Part shown: positions 40,890 to 55,464 of the stretch, piece after piece | How positions within the stretch are numbered: position 1 is the first letter of the stretch | Layout: every line of letters starts with the position of its first letter | Assembly: GCA_964016885.1 (NCBI GenBank) | Contig: OZ024741.1 | Location: 104,966,001 to 105,030,000 of the forward strand | Length of the DNA: 64,000 nt | Source of the DNA: Eledone cirrhosa | Lineage: Eukaryota | Direction of reading: 5' to 3' | Position numbers and translations under genes: made by a program | The notes under the pieces: generated by a model | Database searches by the model: none | Told to the model about the DNA's origin: nothing | What the model saw: only the letters and a program-made list of their open reading frames with translations

Positions 40890-42100
40890 GGAAAATAAAA
40901 TTAATACAAAATGGCTCTCATGCATTGGGCTTATGAAAAGGGTAATAAAAGCCAGAGTTTAAGTTTAACGTAACATCAAGAAAATTAACTATTTTGGTAC
41001 CACTTTATACTTCTAACTTAAGGTCATACATTTTAAAGAATTCTATTATACTTTTCTTTACTCTATTTAGTTCAATATTGTTGTGTTTGACCACCGTAAA
41101 TAAAATGTCGTCCCTATATAAGCCACCGGTAATCTCCGGCAGTTTTCTATTTATCATATTTAATATGAAAATCCCCAGAAAATCTGTGATTTGCGCTGAA
41201 TCAGATGCCCCCATAGTGATATCAAAGTTTCTATTTCTACCTGAGCGGGTCCAATAATCTTTTTGAAGTTAATAAGAGTTCTTCTAGCTGTTAGTATGAT
41301 ATGAATTTCATCCGTTGTTAGATCAGTATGCTTATAAGCATATGAAAGTGCCTTATTTAGTAGGTTGGGCGTTATGGAAGAATAATAGCTTGTTATGTCC
41401 ATCTGGATGAATTTATGGTTTTTCTTATTATCTATATTCTTATACCATTCTATGACTTCTTTTGTATCTTTCCACAAGCTCAATTTAGATCTCAATTTAA
41501 GAGCAGGTAGAATTCTATCGATAATGTTTTTACTGATTACTCCAATATCCGATTTGGATGGAACAATCAGTCTAATTGGCAGGTCTTCCTCGAAGTTTCT
41601 TTTGTGATCTTTTAAGTTAATCCGCGGCTGCCTAGGTATAAGTGGCTCAGTTCTTCCTTCTATTCCTAAATTGGTAATTAATTTATATGCATCCTCATTA
41701 ATTTCTGTAAGATCTTCAGCCGGGGCATTTTTATAGTTTTTCCTAAGTTCCTTTAAAATCAAGTTATTATATTCTTCTTTGTTTATCCCATATAAATTAT
41801 TTGTTTTGTCCGATTTAAACAATATTTTGTTAACTTTTTTATTTCTGTGATTTTTTTCTTTTAGAGTTCTAAGGTATTGGTGACCTATATATGGGTTTTT
41901 CCTAAATTTAATTTTTTTAAGTATACCAAGCATTTCGGTTTCAAAATCCTCCAGGAGTTTGTTGTATGGAGGATTCTTTCTTGATTTAAATAAAGATTCG
42001 AAATGATTGCTGTTGGTTTTTCTATCAGCATCTTTATTTTCGAAATGATATGCTCCCCATTGTTATACTTTAGACACTATAACTATTTAACAATAAATTC
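40890..42100 (-). mobile_element. Penelope-like element RT remnant (Hydra-clade-like)
   Basis: KSDKTNNLY, LKDHKRNF..RLIVPSKSDIG, FIQMDITSYYSSI (41160-41933); MGASDSAQITDFLG..GGLYRDD (41005-41214). Confidence 0.82.
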
Positions 42101-42737
42101 CTTGATAATTATAACTGTAAATACTTCATAAACTATACATATGGAAAATGTTGACACTGTTACAAATAATATTGTTAAAGATTACATTTGCGTAAATATT
42201 GAACAGTATATATTTTTCTTTCGGGGGCCTAGTAAATCCTTTAAATTTGATTTCATAAAACTTTGAATTTTAGAAATTTAACACATTTATAAAATTTATA
42301 AAATTTATAACACAAATAACCATCAACTTTTAAAACCTAAAATGTTGATTCGTTACCCTAAAATAACATAAATTAAATATTTTGAAACTTAACCGCCAAG
42401 ACTATATATGTTTATATGTGTCTGATGAATATTTGTGCATAAATTACTCCCCTTTATATCTCTCTCTCTCTTTAATTATCTATCAGTTGCATTCTCAAAC
42501 TAAAAACTAAAAAAATTATAACTCCAGATATCTATAGTCTTCCTCTATAGTCCTACAGTAGTATTTCAAACTTTAATAACGCTATAACTGTTACATTAAA
42601 GCAATCTTTTTCTTACTCTATTGATTCTATTACGTTCTCATTTGTAGGGTATAAATATTGAGTTTTCTCACAAGTTAATCACTACCTTGATTAAATCTTA
42701 ACCATTTAACATGTCAGCGTATGTCATGTATCATTTT

Positions 42738-42803
42738 ATTTTATCTGATGAGGACGTACTATTGAACTTGATTCAAGTACCTCTGAAATATGTATAATAA
42801 AAT
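42738..42803 (+). ncRNA. Type I hammerhead ribozyme motif
   Basis: attttat CTGATGA ggacgtac..gtacctct GAAA tatgta TA ataaaat. Confidence 0.75.
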
Positions 42804-43081
42804 TTAATTGATCACAAGAACATCTATTTTATTAATATTTGAATTTTTGAATTTAATATATATATATATATATATATATATGCGAAATGATACTGAAACC
42901 TCACACACATAGAGTTATACATAAATACAATCACATACGCAAAACTACAAATAGATACATGCATGTATGGGTCCAGTGGAAGTATAAACAGCTTGGTGCA
43001 TGTAAAAATACAAATGAACACACGCAGATAACCACACATATAAATACATATATACATACACACGCAACCACATATATATAG

Positions 43082-43149
<68 letters not shown>

Positions 43150-43150
<1 letters not shown>

Positions 43151-46100
43151 CATACACCACCAAGAACAACAACAACAAAGACAAATGAGAAGGTAGAACT
43201 TATACCCCTCCCTGACCTCACACAGTCGGACATGGAGTATGAGGCGTCTGAGGAGTGGAAAACGTTGGTCAACAAAAAGAACAAACGCAAAAACACCACA
43301 GCTTCTTCCTCCAAAAGAGAAGGCAAAGAAAGGGGGATAAAGGCAGCAACACCACCACCCTCACCATCACCACCACAAGCATCACCATCGACAACAACCA
43401 CACCACCACCAGCATCACCAAAACACCATCATCGCAAACACAACAAAGAACACACACCCAACGGCAACAACAAGAAAACAGCAACAAAATCACCCAACCT
43501 CCCAAGACACAGCCATAAATATCACACACAAAGGATTAATGGAACATATAAAACAACACACAGACATTATAGACTTAAATTACCACACCACAGCAGCACC
43601 AAGAACATTACCCAAAAACATTCTCACTTACCCCCTTTCCTCATCCAGCATGGCCGTACTTAGAATAGGCAGTATAAAAGTAAGTGGTCTGGGGTCATCT
43701 TGGAAGCAGGGTCACCTGCTCAACGACCTCAGGTCACTAAACATGGATGTGGTGGCCATCAGCGAGACCAGAATCTCAGAAGCACGAGCCTCCGCACCGA
43801 TCTTCGCGGCTACGGTGTGTACGCATCTCCCAGCCGTCCTGGATCGGGGGGGAGAAGTTACTGTTATTTTTCGGGGAGGATTGGATCTCGCCATATGGAC
43901 CATCTTACTGGACCCAGAAGGTAAGTTGGTGGTGCTGGACGTGACCAGCGGAGACGGGAAAGCTTTCAGGCTAGTGGCCTGATTTCTTCCGGCGTCAGGA
44001 GACGTTTCTTGGAACGTTCCGCTCTTTAGTGTTAGTGGGCGACTGGAACGGGATCTTAGATGCACGCTGGGACTGTGTGGGATCAGCGAATAGGGGAGGG
44101 GGTGTAAAAGCCTCGCAACCTGCTGAGATGGGTCATCCAGATCATATCTAGATAGGGTATTTTGTAGGAAAATAGATAGGTCTAGCATAGACTGTCCACA
44201 TTTCAAAATAGTCGACTACACGGACCACAAATTCGTGATCTGTGAGGTTGACTTAGATAGGCTTCATAGACATGGACCCGACTACTGGAAGCTAAACGCG
44301 TCATTAACAGCGCGCAAGGCCTACAGAGACCGGATTAGCGAACTAATTAAGCGGGCGTTGACGGGGGCCATCGTCAACAACAAATGGTGGTTTGCTCTGA
44401 AAAGAGCGATTAGAATAGAGTCCATTAGGTTTAGTAAAGATTTATTAGCAATAGAGAAAAATAGAGCAGAGGGAGAACTAGTTAGAAAATTAGACGAGGC
44501 GCTTAGTAAAGGCATCGCGACCAACGTACTTGCGGCGAAATTGGCCCTTGACCAATTCTTCAATGCAAAGCACGAAGGCTGCGTTGTCAGGGCTAGGGTG
44601 CGTGCTCTCAGACACGAGGGGACGAAAGCCGTTCAATGGGCCCGAGTGGCGGAGGCGCGTCGTGGCAACAAAGCCACGATCCGGTCTTTGGTGGACCACG
44701 ACGGGCGCATGCTACTCGATCCCGGGCAAATGTCGGAAGCTTTTCAGCAACACTTCGCTCAGTTGTTCGAGGGCAGCGGCGGACCGGATCGAGGGATGGA
44801 CTTTAGTGCCTACCTCGACGGACTGCCGCGGCTCTCGGCCACTGAGGCCGAGTGTTGCGAAAAGCCGATAACAGCCGCTGAAGTACGGGGGACACAAGGG
44901 GTAAATCGCCTGGTTTGGATGGTCTGCCCTATGAACTTTACGTACAGATGCCAGACTTGTTCGGAGGCCTCTTGGCGGAAGTTTACTTCAACTGGCAACA
45001 GAACGGGATAATTCCCAGCTCTGTGAGCCGAGGAGCGGTGGCGCTGCTGAGAAAGGATCCGAACAAGGGGCATAACATAGATAATTTCAGGCCCATAACT
45101 CTGCTAAACACAGAGTTCAAGATTTTGGCCAAGGTTCTAGCAAAGAAGTTGGCGCTTGTCGTTGGTGGTCTGGTGGGAGAGGCGCAGACGTGCGCATTCC
45201 CGACAGATCCATCCACGACAACCTCCACCTCATGCGATACATCGTCGAGAGGGTAGCTAGGGAACCTGGCACGGGTGGGTCCTTGATCAATTTAGTTCAG
45301 TCGAAATCTTTCGATAGGGTCGACCATCGTTACATATCGGCAGTCCTGAGGGCGGCTGGCTTTGGGCCTGTCTTCAGAGGCTGGATCGCTGCCATGCACA
45401 GCAACATCTGCTCTGTGGTGAGAGTGAACGGTCATCTTTCGGAAACGTTAACATCATGCGCTCGGTCCGCCAAGGATGTTCCCTCTCGTCCCTCTTGTAC
45501 GTGTTCCCTCTCGTTCCTCACGTACGTATTGACTCTCGAGCTATTACTGCACAAACTGGATACGTTGAGGGGCGTCCCGCGCGAACTAGGATGCGGAAGA
45601 TCCGTGTCAGCATATTCGGACGATGTCACCGTAGTGGTGTCGAACGCCAAACACATCGAGGCGATCGGCACTACACTAAGAGAATACGAAGCGGTGACAG
45701 GAGCAATGATCAACCAGGAAAAGTCGGTGGGCCTGCACTCAGCACCTGGAGAGGCAGGTCCATGCTGTCCAACAGCGTCGTCGGGCGCAGGACGGGCGGA
45801 CCAGTTAAAACGCTAGGGGTCTGGTTCGATCCGAACCTCCAGACGGACAAAAACTGGGACGAGGTGACGCGCAGGGTGGCTTCTCTCACACAGAAATGGG
45901 CAGAGAGGAAGCTATCCCTGAAAGGTCGAGTGGAGGTGGCTAACGCGTACATCGCCTCCGTCATCTACTACCGGCTGACGTCGTGCCTTGTCCTAAGCCT
46001 CGCCTGACTGCGCTGAAGCGTTTGCTCTTTCGCTTTTTGTGGAAGGGACGCACTCCGATGGTCAGACGGTCCATCTGCTGTCAACACCCGCTACGTGGAG

Positions 46101-47219
46101 GGCTGGGCATGCCGTGGCTGATGATGCGCAGACACGCGCTCAGGCTACGACATCTCCACCTCTTCCTCAACGGTGATCAGGTGTGGTCGCCGTTTGCTAG
46201 ACGCGTCTTTCTCCAGCTCGTCTCCTTGACGGAGCTGCAGTCCTGGGTCAAGCGAAGACCGAGAGGGAGCGCTTGGAGACTGGACTGTCTTCAGGCGCTC
46301 ACAGCCATCGACCAATCGGTCAATGTGATCGGTGGAAACTCCACCTTGGCGTTCTATAGAGGATTAGTGGAGGGGAAGAGCGACGACGTACTTGGGGAAA
46401 CTCTAGGCGTCGACGAAAATCAACTAGCCAATCTCTTCGGAAGAACTTTCGGGCCGGGCCCTATAGACAACTTCCAGAAATCCCTGGCCTGGCAGTGTTA
46501 CCGAGGAGCTTTGCCAGTTCGGGATAAACTCTACAGGCATGGAGGTGCCGTCAGCCGGGCGTGTCCGAAATGCGCGCAAGGCGACGAAACTGTCCTGCAC
46601 GCACTCGTCCAGTGTCCGAGCATTGATGACTTGTGGGTTTATGTCGAACACCTGCTGTCGCGTGTAGGACGGATCCGGCTATCAGCTGAGTCCATCGTGA
46701 GGATTGCCCCGCCCTCTTCCTTTAGCCGGGAAGGGCAGGCAGTTTTTATCTGTCTAGGGGCCATGGCGAAAGAGATAGTATGGTGGACGCGTTTGAAAGG
46801 GCTGAAGACGAGCACTTACCCCTTCGGTGATGCCCTGATTAACTTTTTCAAATTTCATCTGAAAAGGAAAATCAGGGTAGAGAGGGAAGTGCTCTCTTCC
46901 CAGCATTTTGTTGAAAGATGGGTGAGAGAAGCAAGTATGGCCCGAATGAATGGGCCTTCTCTGAGTATGTGTCTGTAAATTAAAGGTGGAAAACTGGGAG
47001 AGGGCACTTGCCCTGGTGGTCAGGGCCACTGTGGTCTTTTAATGGGCTCTCCACAAATGTCCCTCGGAAGTCTCCCCCATATTGGGGAATTTTTCTTTGT
47101 TATTTTATTTCATCCTCTGTTTTTTTTACACGCAGAAATGCCCATTTGTACTGTCCTGTATTGTCCTGTACTGTCCTTAATGTCTACTTTATGTAAACCC
47201 TTGTGGTTAATAAAGAAAA

Positions 47220-47220
<1 letters not shown>
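43150..47220 (+). mobile_element. Degraded Tx1/L1-clade LINE (possible ORF1 tail plus frameshifted ORF2)
   Basis: ORF2 start MAVLRIGSIKVSGL..DVVAISETR at 43650; YWKLN, FRPITLLN, FDRVDH, RQGC, YSDD, CPKC..HALVQC; 3' AATAAA then (ATT)n at 47221-47270. Confidence 0.92.
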
Positions 47221-47274
<54 letters not shown>

Positions 47275-49065
47275 GCATAATGTGTTTAATGTGTAAATAT
47301 TGTTATGAGTGAAAACATTTTGCCTTTAAAATAATCAGTTACGATAAAGTAAGGAATTGTTATACCAAATCTGTAGAAACGTTATTAAACACTATAGTCA
47401 GTATTAATGTAAAACAGTTAAATAAGACATTAAACCAGTGGATAAGTGCGTTTTACTTGATAACATTTCACGAGCGGATGCGTCATTTTAATTATTGCAG
47501 ATCATTTAAGATTATGCCACATACATGGCTGTGCTTCAGAAATGTATCATTAATAGCTCAAATGTGTTTGTGTTACTGTACAAAGCAAATGATTAATATC
47601 TTTAAATGCACGAACATTTAAACGCAGTAATTTCGTGTCAAGTAATTTCGTGTCTTTAGAAATCATTTAGTTGAGAGCAAGCTTACTGTCCTACACTGCA
47701 CATATATGGCTTAAGTGAATCTTTGGTAGAACTTTCTTGTGATTTTCTCGAAACACGAAAGACATAGAAATCAGCATATCATTTCTGTTTCTAGTAAAAT
47801 GATTTAATTTTCTAACTGAGTCAATCTCACTCTCGGAGATAAAAAAAACAATTGCTTCTTTATAACCTTTAAAAAGATAGTGACTAGTTTTAATCTTCAT
47901 ATTCGCTTTAATAGGCCGTTTTATAACACTGCTAAGTAGCTGAATAATCACAGTTATGGACTGACTTATTGATTTCTTACAAAGGCTCTACAGAATTTTA
48001 ACAGCAAAATGAAATAGTTTTGTGGTTTTCTTTCTTTCATTAAAACGATTATCACCAGTCTCAAAGAACACATTCCCTTCCACCTATCTCAAAGACTAAC
48101 TCTTACCAGAAAAGGGTGATGAGCATAAATGCCGTTTCTTCAACCAAAGAGGTAAATATCAAGCTGTATTACCAGGCACTAACTTCTAACTAGCGATACA
48201 CATAGTATTTATTTATGGAGAATATCATGTAAATATAGTTTAATAGAAAATGAAAAAAGGAAAATTTAGATTGAGAACAATGGACTGTAAAATAGGAAAA
48301 TATAAAGCAAAAAAAACGGAAAAGGGAAGGAATGGCAAAGACGCTAGTGTCACAGAAGAATGAGGAAAGGGGGAGGATGATTGGGCTCAGGACCTAGGGC
48401 GCGGTAGTAAGACAAAACCGCAATACCATTTTTGGAAAGAAATATTTGACACAATTTTTTTAAATTCTTTTTATTGTTTGCTTTTCTGTAATTGTTTTTC
48501 CTTTTATCTGTTTCGATAGAATCTTTATCTGAGGATATAGAACATTTTATATTCTTTAAAAAAAGGAAGAACACTATATCTGAACTGCTATAGATACAGT
48601 ATTTTCATGTATATTGACATATACCGACACACATACGCATCCAAATACGGATGCACACATTAACATCTTACTGAATCTGTCTCTTTACATTTGCAGTATA
48701 TCGCTTGTATCAATTTGAATTATAGTATGTTTAAAAAAATCTTCTTCCTCGCCACATATTCATCTATCATACATATTAAGAGAAAAAAAGAAAAAGAATA
48801 TGTATATATATATATATGTGTGTGTGTATGTGCATATATATAAGTATGTATATATAAATATATATATATATATATATAATGATGTATGTGTGTGAGTGTA
48901 ATATATATATATATGTGTGTGTATGTATGTATATATAAACATATATGTATGACTGTGTGTGTGTCTGTATATGTATATGCACACACACGCGCACACATAT
49001 ATATATATATACATGTATACATTTATATGAATATATATATATATATGCATATATATATAAATATA

Positions 49066-49101
<36 letters not shown>

Positions 49102-49324
49102 TGTATGTATGTATGTATGTATGTATGCTTGTATGTATGTATATACGTCTCAATGATATTCCACAGACCTTGCTGTGTGACAACCTTTCATTACTGCCTA
49201 ATTATAGGTAGGAAACATTCCGCAATTAAATTGCCTGGCCAGAGAACAATTCAATCAAGCCCAACAGTATTTACTCTGTCTACTGGCGTATTTCCAATTT
49301 AATATCACAATATATCAAGGAGAG

Positions 49325-49630
49325 TGAAGCCGTGTGGCTTATTGGTTTTCGATGTTCGGCTCACGACTGAAAGATCTTGAGTTCGATTTGTGGTAATGTG
49401 CTGTATCCTTCAGTATGACATTTATTTCACGTTGCTCCAGTCCACTCAGCTAAAAAAATAAAAATTAGTATCCTGTGGGGCCAGCCTTGTCCTGTTATCC
49501 TAAATCGCCTTCAGAATTATGTTATGGCTTCACATGTCTGTGAAATGCTCAGCCACTTACACGTTAATTTTACAAGCAGGCTATTTCGTTTATCGAATTA
49601 ACTGGAACACTCGTCGGAAATGACGGAGGT
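49325..49630 (+). mobile_element. CORE-type tRNA SINE
   Basis: gaagccgtgtggcttattgg, gagttcgatt, tttatttcacgttgctccagtccactcagct; same family as 27375-27528. Confidence 0.7.
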
Positions 49631-50185
49631 TCAACCACAATAATATCAAAGAGATTCTCGTCCGCTCTCTTTAATCCGACCAATATTATCTCTCGCCCAC
49701 GCATGAGAAAAATGGCTTATCTCTTTCTTTCAGTATTGTGCTGCCTCAAGATAAATGTTCTTCCTTGTTTTATAAATATCTTAATGTCAATATTAACTAT
49801 TTTATGGGAACTTTTAGCGTTTGATGGTGAAAATTGCTGAAGTATCTATTGTTTTATATCGAGATTTCCTTCTACTGAGATGATGTTTTTATTTGTTTTT
49901 GTTTTTGTTTGTTTTTTGTTCGATAACTTTCGCAGTAATTTCCAATCCCATTATTCCAAAGGAGAATGCTATTCTGGTTGTCACTTGTTCTGAAACCAAC
50001 TTAACAAAAACAAAATATTGTTTAATTATGTAAAATATTAATCACAACTGCGTGTTTTTTTTTCTCAGCGACATAAAAGTTCAACCAGCTCGGGAATATA
50101 ACCGCTTCCTCACCATCATCATCACCACACACGCACACACACATACATACACACACACATATACATATATATATATATGTGTGTA

Positions 50186-50270
<85 letters not shown>

Positions 50271-50917
50271 TTATATTTTTATTTATTTATATTATCCGCA
50301 TATTATTGACGAATGTGAGAGAAAGAACCTAATACCGAAGTAGAGTTTACATATTCATTTGGTGACTAAGTGGTGAGTCTTGTTACACCACACTTTAAGC
50401 TATGTCATCAGATAAGACTAGATGTTCAATAATAGAGACAGCATAAACAGGAGAACATTCGGTAGGGAAAGAAGGGAGTTATGAAACGAGAAACACGAAG
50501 GAAAAAGGAAACTCTAAGCGAAATAAGGAAGGTATGGACATGGTAAGTGCGATGATGATGATGATGGTAATAAAGTTGATGATATGAATTAGTAAAAAGG
50601 GTGAGGTTTCGGATCTATATACAGTATATGTATATATATATATATTTATATTTATGGTAAATATTGATGCAATTCAATCAAGCACTCTATGTACTTTTTC
50701 CAAATAGGAATGACGGAGTGAATTCATATTTCAAATATGTATCACAGCCTTATCAATAACGGACTTTAACATCTACAACTAGTTCGCATTTTCTTATTTT
50801 ATATATGCGAAGAAATACCAACGACGGCTGGAAGATCACTGATGACGGACGCCTTACCTTCTGCTCTAATTTTATTCATATGTACCCCATTTGCAACAAT
50901 GCAGCACGCCATTTTTC

Positions 50918-50968
<51 letters not shown>

Positions 50969-51024
50969 GAAGCAGTTGTGGTAAGGAACCAGATGGACCA
51001 TAACGCACCAGAGTACTCAATACT

Positions 51025-51167
51025 TAGGAAAAGTATGCCCCGACGGCAGAGCTCAAGCCGTTTCGACGGCTATTTCTGGACAGAAATAGTCCAGAATAGG
51101 ATAAAAGAGTCCAGAAATAGCCGTCAAAACGGCTTGAGCTCTGCCGTCGGGGTCATACATTTTCCTA
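51025..51167. repeat. 57 bp-arm inverted repeat containing an HHR-like 3' half
   Basis: 51025-51081 vs 51109-51167; minus strand GAAA cggc ttgagctct gccg TC gggg. Confidence 0.75.
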
Positions 51168-51169
51168 TA

Positions 51170-51215
<46 letters not shown>

Positions 51216-51218
51216 CGT

Positions 51219-52040
51219 ATACGGGGTGTGTCAGAAAAAGAACAGGACTGGGGACGCAAAAGAAATATTTCAAATACAAACAACAAGCTACAGGTTTTCC
51301 CCAACGAAATAATCCTCCTCGAGTCTAACGCAATTTTCCATCCTTCCCCGCCACGCCTCTAAGCACTCCTGGGAGGATTCTTCCCGGATTCTCTGTAGCT
51401 CCGTCGTCACAGCCCTCTTGATGGCTTCCACGTCCAGGAAACGGGTCCCCTTGATGACCCTCTTGAACTTGGGGAAAAGGAAAATAACTCTGATCTCATG
51501 ACACACCTGCATGCACCGCTCCTTCTGGTCATCGTTCAAATCTTAGGTGATAATCTTCCAAACGCTGTCGAGGTTCATGCCCAATTCACTTGCAATCAGT
51601 CGAACAGACAGCCGAAGATGGCTATGCGCACCTACCTCACGCGCTCAACATTGGCTTCACTCCTGCTCATTGAAGGCCTTCCTGCTCATAGAATCCACGT
51701 CTCATGTCTCTCGCTGAACGTTTTCTGCCACTCGAAAACCCGTGAGCGTGACATCGTCTCATCTCCGTATACTTATTGCAGTAACCCGACTGCTTTTAAT
51801 GGAGTTTTCCCCAGCCGGACCGTAAATTTCAGGCTGGTTCGTTACTCTGTGCCCATCGCTCGACGGCCTAAAATTGAGGAACTGTTAACAAAAGCACGTG
51901 AAAAACTAGCTGAAGGGAGCTGAGATAACAGTTATATACTCCCCGTCTATTACGTCACATTTGACGCAAACGGTTAATCCCTACTCCACTCATAGCTCAC
52001 ACAGCACACTAAGTCATGATACGTTTCTGACATACCTCTC
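51219..52040 (-). mobile_element. Internally deleted mariner (Tc1/mariner) element
   Basis: FLFPKFKRVIKGTRF..W..R..CV..E.DYF (51288-51539); RSRVFEW near 51730; TIR-like ends tacggggtgtgtcagaaa / tttctgacatacctc. Confidence 0.8.
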
Positions 52041-52056
52041 ACATACATATCATGTG

Positions 52057-52092
<36 letters not shown>

Positions 52093-52175
52093 CTGGCGAA
52101 GGCTTCAAAAACATCATCTTTGTCCGTTACCTTATCGTTTTAGTTTCGATCGAGAACGTAACCTTATATAATGAA

Positions 52176-52250
52176 GCTGTCTGATGAGATCATGACACTG
52201 GTTCCGTGAAATCACATAGCCACTATCGTCATTGAAATATGTATCACAGC
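52176..52250 (+). ncRNA. Type I hammerhead ribozyme motif
   Basis: gctgt CTGATGA gatcatgac..gtcatt GAAA tatgta TC acagc, then AATAAA. Its 3' part is duplicated at 50733-50805. Confidence 0.72.
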
Positions 52251-52713
52251 CTTATCAATAAAGGACTTTAACATCTACAACTACTTCGTATTTTCTTATT
52301 CTATATATACACATATATATAAACAAAGTTATCTCGAATATCGAGTTTGAAACGCGAGTGTATTAGAATTCGTAGAATAGTGGGAAAAACTCAACGCAAG
52401 GAAGATGTTAAAACAGCAAAATGCCCTCAATGACGGTGTCAGGTAAAACTTTCCTCAAAGTTATCTCAAATATTGAGTTTGAAACGCCACTTACAGAGCC
52501 ATTATTTTTGCCTTTCTTACGGTGACCTGAGGTCGAGTGGGCGCACTTTATTTTTCTTTCTCTTTGACCTGAGTTGTAAGAGTTTTCTTAGGCGCTACAG
52601 CTGTCACCCATTACTCCATCTCCTCTAGTAGTTTACCGCTGTTGATCCTGGGTTGCTTATTAGTAAAGCAGGTGCCCGCTTATGTCGCAACTAACCATCT
52701 TATCTAGTGGCTG

Positions 52714-52763
<50 letters not shown>

Positions 52764-53083
52764 GTGGGAAAGTAAAAAATCGGAGAATAGACCGTTAAAA
52801 CATGTTTATTTAAAATATCACCTACGTGATATATATATATAATAGATATATATATATATAATAGAGATTTAGACCGATTAAATTCTAAATGCATTGAAGC
52901 CATCGGAATCATTTACGACCGTGTTGTCAGCAGAACTACTCTATGATATCAGGTACGAAAAATACTTGTTTCAGAGGAAACTCAATAATAATACCCAAAT
53001 AGAACATGTTAAGGCGGAAAAAATCAAAGAAACCTCAGAGGTTTAACAATTTAAGAAAGAGCTTGAACACTTTTATTTTAGAA

Positions 53084-53141
53084 CCTGGACCGTATGGTTT
53101 CGACCCGTGAAAAACTTAGGACTCAAGGTCTCATCGGCAGG
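53084..53141 (-). ncRNA. Hammerhead-like motif, U4C core
   Basis: Minus strand: cctg CCGATGA gacct..gggtc GAAA cc atac gg TC cagg, then AATAAA. Confidence 0.7.
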
Positions 53142-53371
53142 CCGTCCTAAGAATAACTGAAAAGTCTTTTCATCTCTAGAAAGATGCAAAGCCATGCTGG
53201 TTATGCTCGTGTGTTCGGTTAGAGGAACTGCTAAGTAATTAGCAGTATACTGATAAAACAGTCTATTATCGTAGTTTGACGGGAGGATGCTAAAAATAGA
53301 GACACCTTGCTCGACCAACCAAACCGATCAAATCAAATTAACGGGAGTAAATGAACAATATATATACATAG

Positions 53372-53700
53372 TGAAGGCGTGTGGCTTAGTGGTTCGACAA
53401 TTGGAATCGTGAGGCTGCGAGTTCGATTCCCGGACCAGGCGATGAGCTATGTCCTTGAGCATAATACTTTATTTCACGTTGCTCCAGTTTAATCGGATGT
53501 AGAAATGAGTTGCGACGTCACTGGTACCAAATTTTATGGCCCTTTGCCTGGACAACATCGATGGCGTGGAGAGAAGCGACAAGCGTGAATGGGCGATTGC
53601 TGGTCTTCCACAAAAAAGCCTTTGCCCAGGCTTGTGTTTCGGTGGGGAACTTTCTAGTTGCAAAATCCATGGTCATTCGTAATCGAGGATATATACCAAC
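53372..53700 (+). mobile_element. CORE-type tRNA SINE
   Basis: gaaggcgtgtggcttagtgg (A box), gagttcgattcc (B box), gtccttgagcataatactttatttcacgttgctccag. Confidence 0.78.
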
Positions 53701-55335
53701 CCACCTAGGCTACAGAATAACCGAACTCAGATGCTTGGTTAAAGAACACAGCTTCTTAATTCATAAGTTACAAATGGTCGTGATATCTGGAAGCTTCAAA
53801 GTATGAACAATTGATGGAAGTTTCCTTTTCTTTCGACCGAAATTAAGAGAAAAAGACAAAACACACATAGAAACATACATACATACGCCCGTACATACAT
53901 ACATACATACATACATACATACATACATACATACATACATACATACATACATACATACATACATACATACATACATACATACATACATGTGTGTTGATGA
54001 GTGCTGTTACTAGAGTCCATGTAATATCCATTGTCTTAACAGTAAAATAGAAAATGTCAGCGACAGCTGTCTCTAGAAACTTCTGATTATGTATGATGGG
54101 AACGATCTGGAATAATTTACTTTACTGGAGTGGAAAAGGATTTTGTTGACAAGATTTCATATTAAATATCGAACATTTTACCAATGAAAATCAATAATAT
54201 TAACATTTTCTATTTGAAAAACTTCCGTGAAAGCTGTTTTCAATTTGTCATGAATTATCAATTTTTATTACGGATATCAAACTTTTCCGGCGTTGATTTT
54301 TATTGGTTTCTTTTCTATTTGCTATATTCTATATAAATAGACCGACTTATCTGATGTAATTGTAATTCAGTGGAAATAGTTTTAAGACATTCAACTATGA
54401 CATGTAGAAATGTCGTAGCTCAGTGGTCTGTCTCAAGACATGGTTCATGCCGACTCAAAGGGCTTGTTACAATATTTGGGAGATTCGCAATAAAAATGGC
54501 CGTTCCTACAGCCAGACCGGCTGTCGATTTAGTATTCCTATCTGGTAACCAAAATATTTTACCCGTTGTTGAATATTATATGGCTCACATTTTAAAATGT
54601 CTGGTGAGGGGCAGGAGGTGAGGGAAAGAGAGAGAGGGGAAGAGAGATAGATAGATGTGATGGCAATGGTTGATAAATACTTATATAAATGGGAGGAGGA
54701 GCAATAATCAAATGAAAATACAATTTTCATTTTACAGGATGGTTGTTATTAAATTCAGTTCACTGAACGAAACAAAGTTCTACGGCCACCAAAGCAGAAA
54801 CATACGCTTAAGTAAATTTATTCTTCATGCCACCACATTAAGTGAATCTTAAAGGTCAGTCAGCCTCGTGGTCCAGAGCGCACAGGATGGAGAAGACATT
54901 GCCCCGGAGGAGGGTGAGGGAGACGCGCCTGAACAGCTACTAACACCAAACATCTGAACTGATCCTTTCTGTTATTGCCATCTAACAACTGGATATGTTT
55001 CATTTTACAAATTTTGTTCATTTCACAGACTTTGTTCATTCCACAGGCTTTGTTCACGGTTGTTCATAGTCCAGCTCTGCTACTGCTATGTGAGGATGAG
55101 CATAATCAACAATAATAGCTGGAGTCTATTCTACAAGGCAGCTCACTCTAATATTTCGGGTGTACTATCAATGCGTTACTACCAATACTTTACTCTTCGA
55201 TCTGTCATATATTTTGCATTATTTAATATTTAATTAACTTTATCTAAGAATTAAAAAAAATATATATACGCCATTCTGTGCACATATGTTCATTATATAT
55301 TATAATTAATACATATCGATATAGATTTTAATTAT

Positions 55336-55360
55336 GCTGCTGCTGCTGCTGCTGCAGCTC

Positions 55361-55391
<31 letters not shown>

Positions 55392-55461
55392 TGCTGCTGC
55401 TGCTGTTGCTGTTGCTGCTGCTGCTGCTGCTACTGTTGCTGCTGCTGCTACTTCTACTGCT
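55336..55461. repeat. (TGC/TGT)n trinucleotide repeat
   Basis: Direct reading. Confidence 0.9.
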
Positions 55462-55464
55462 GAA

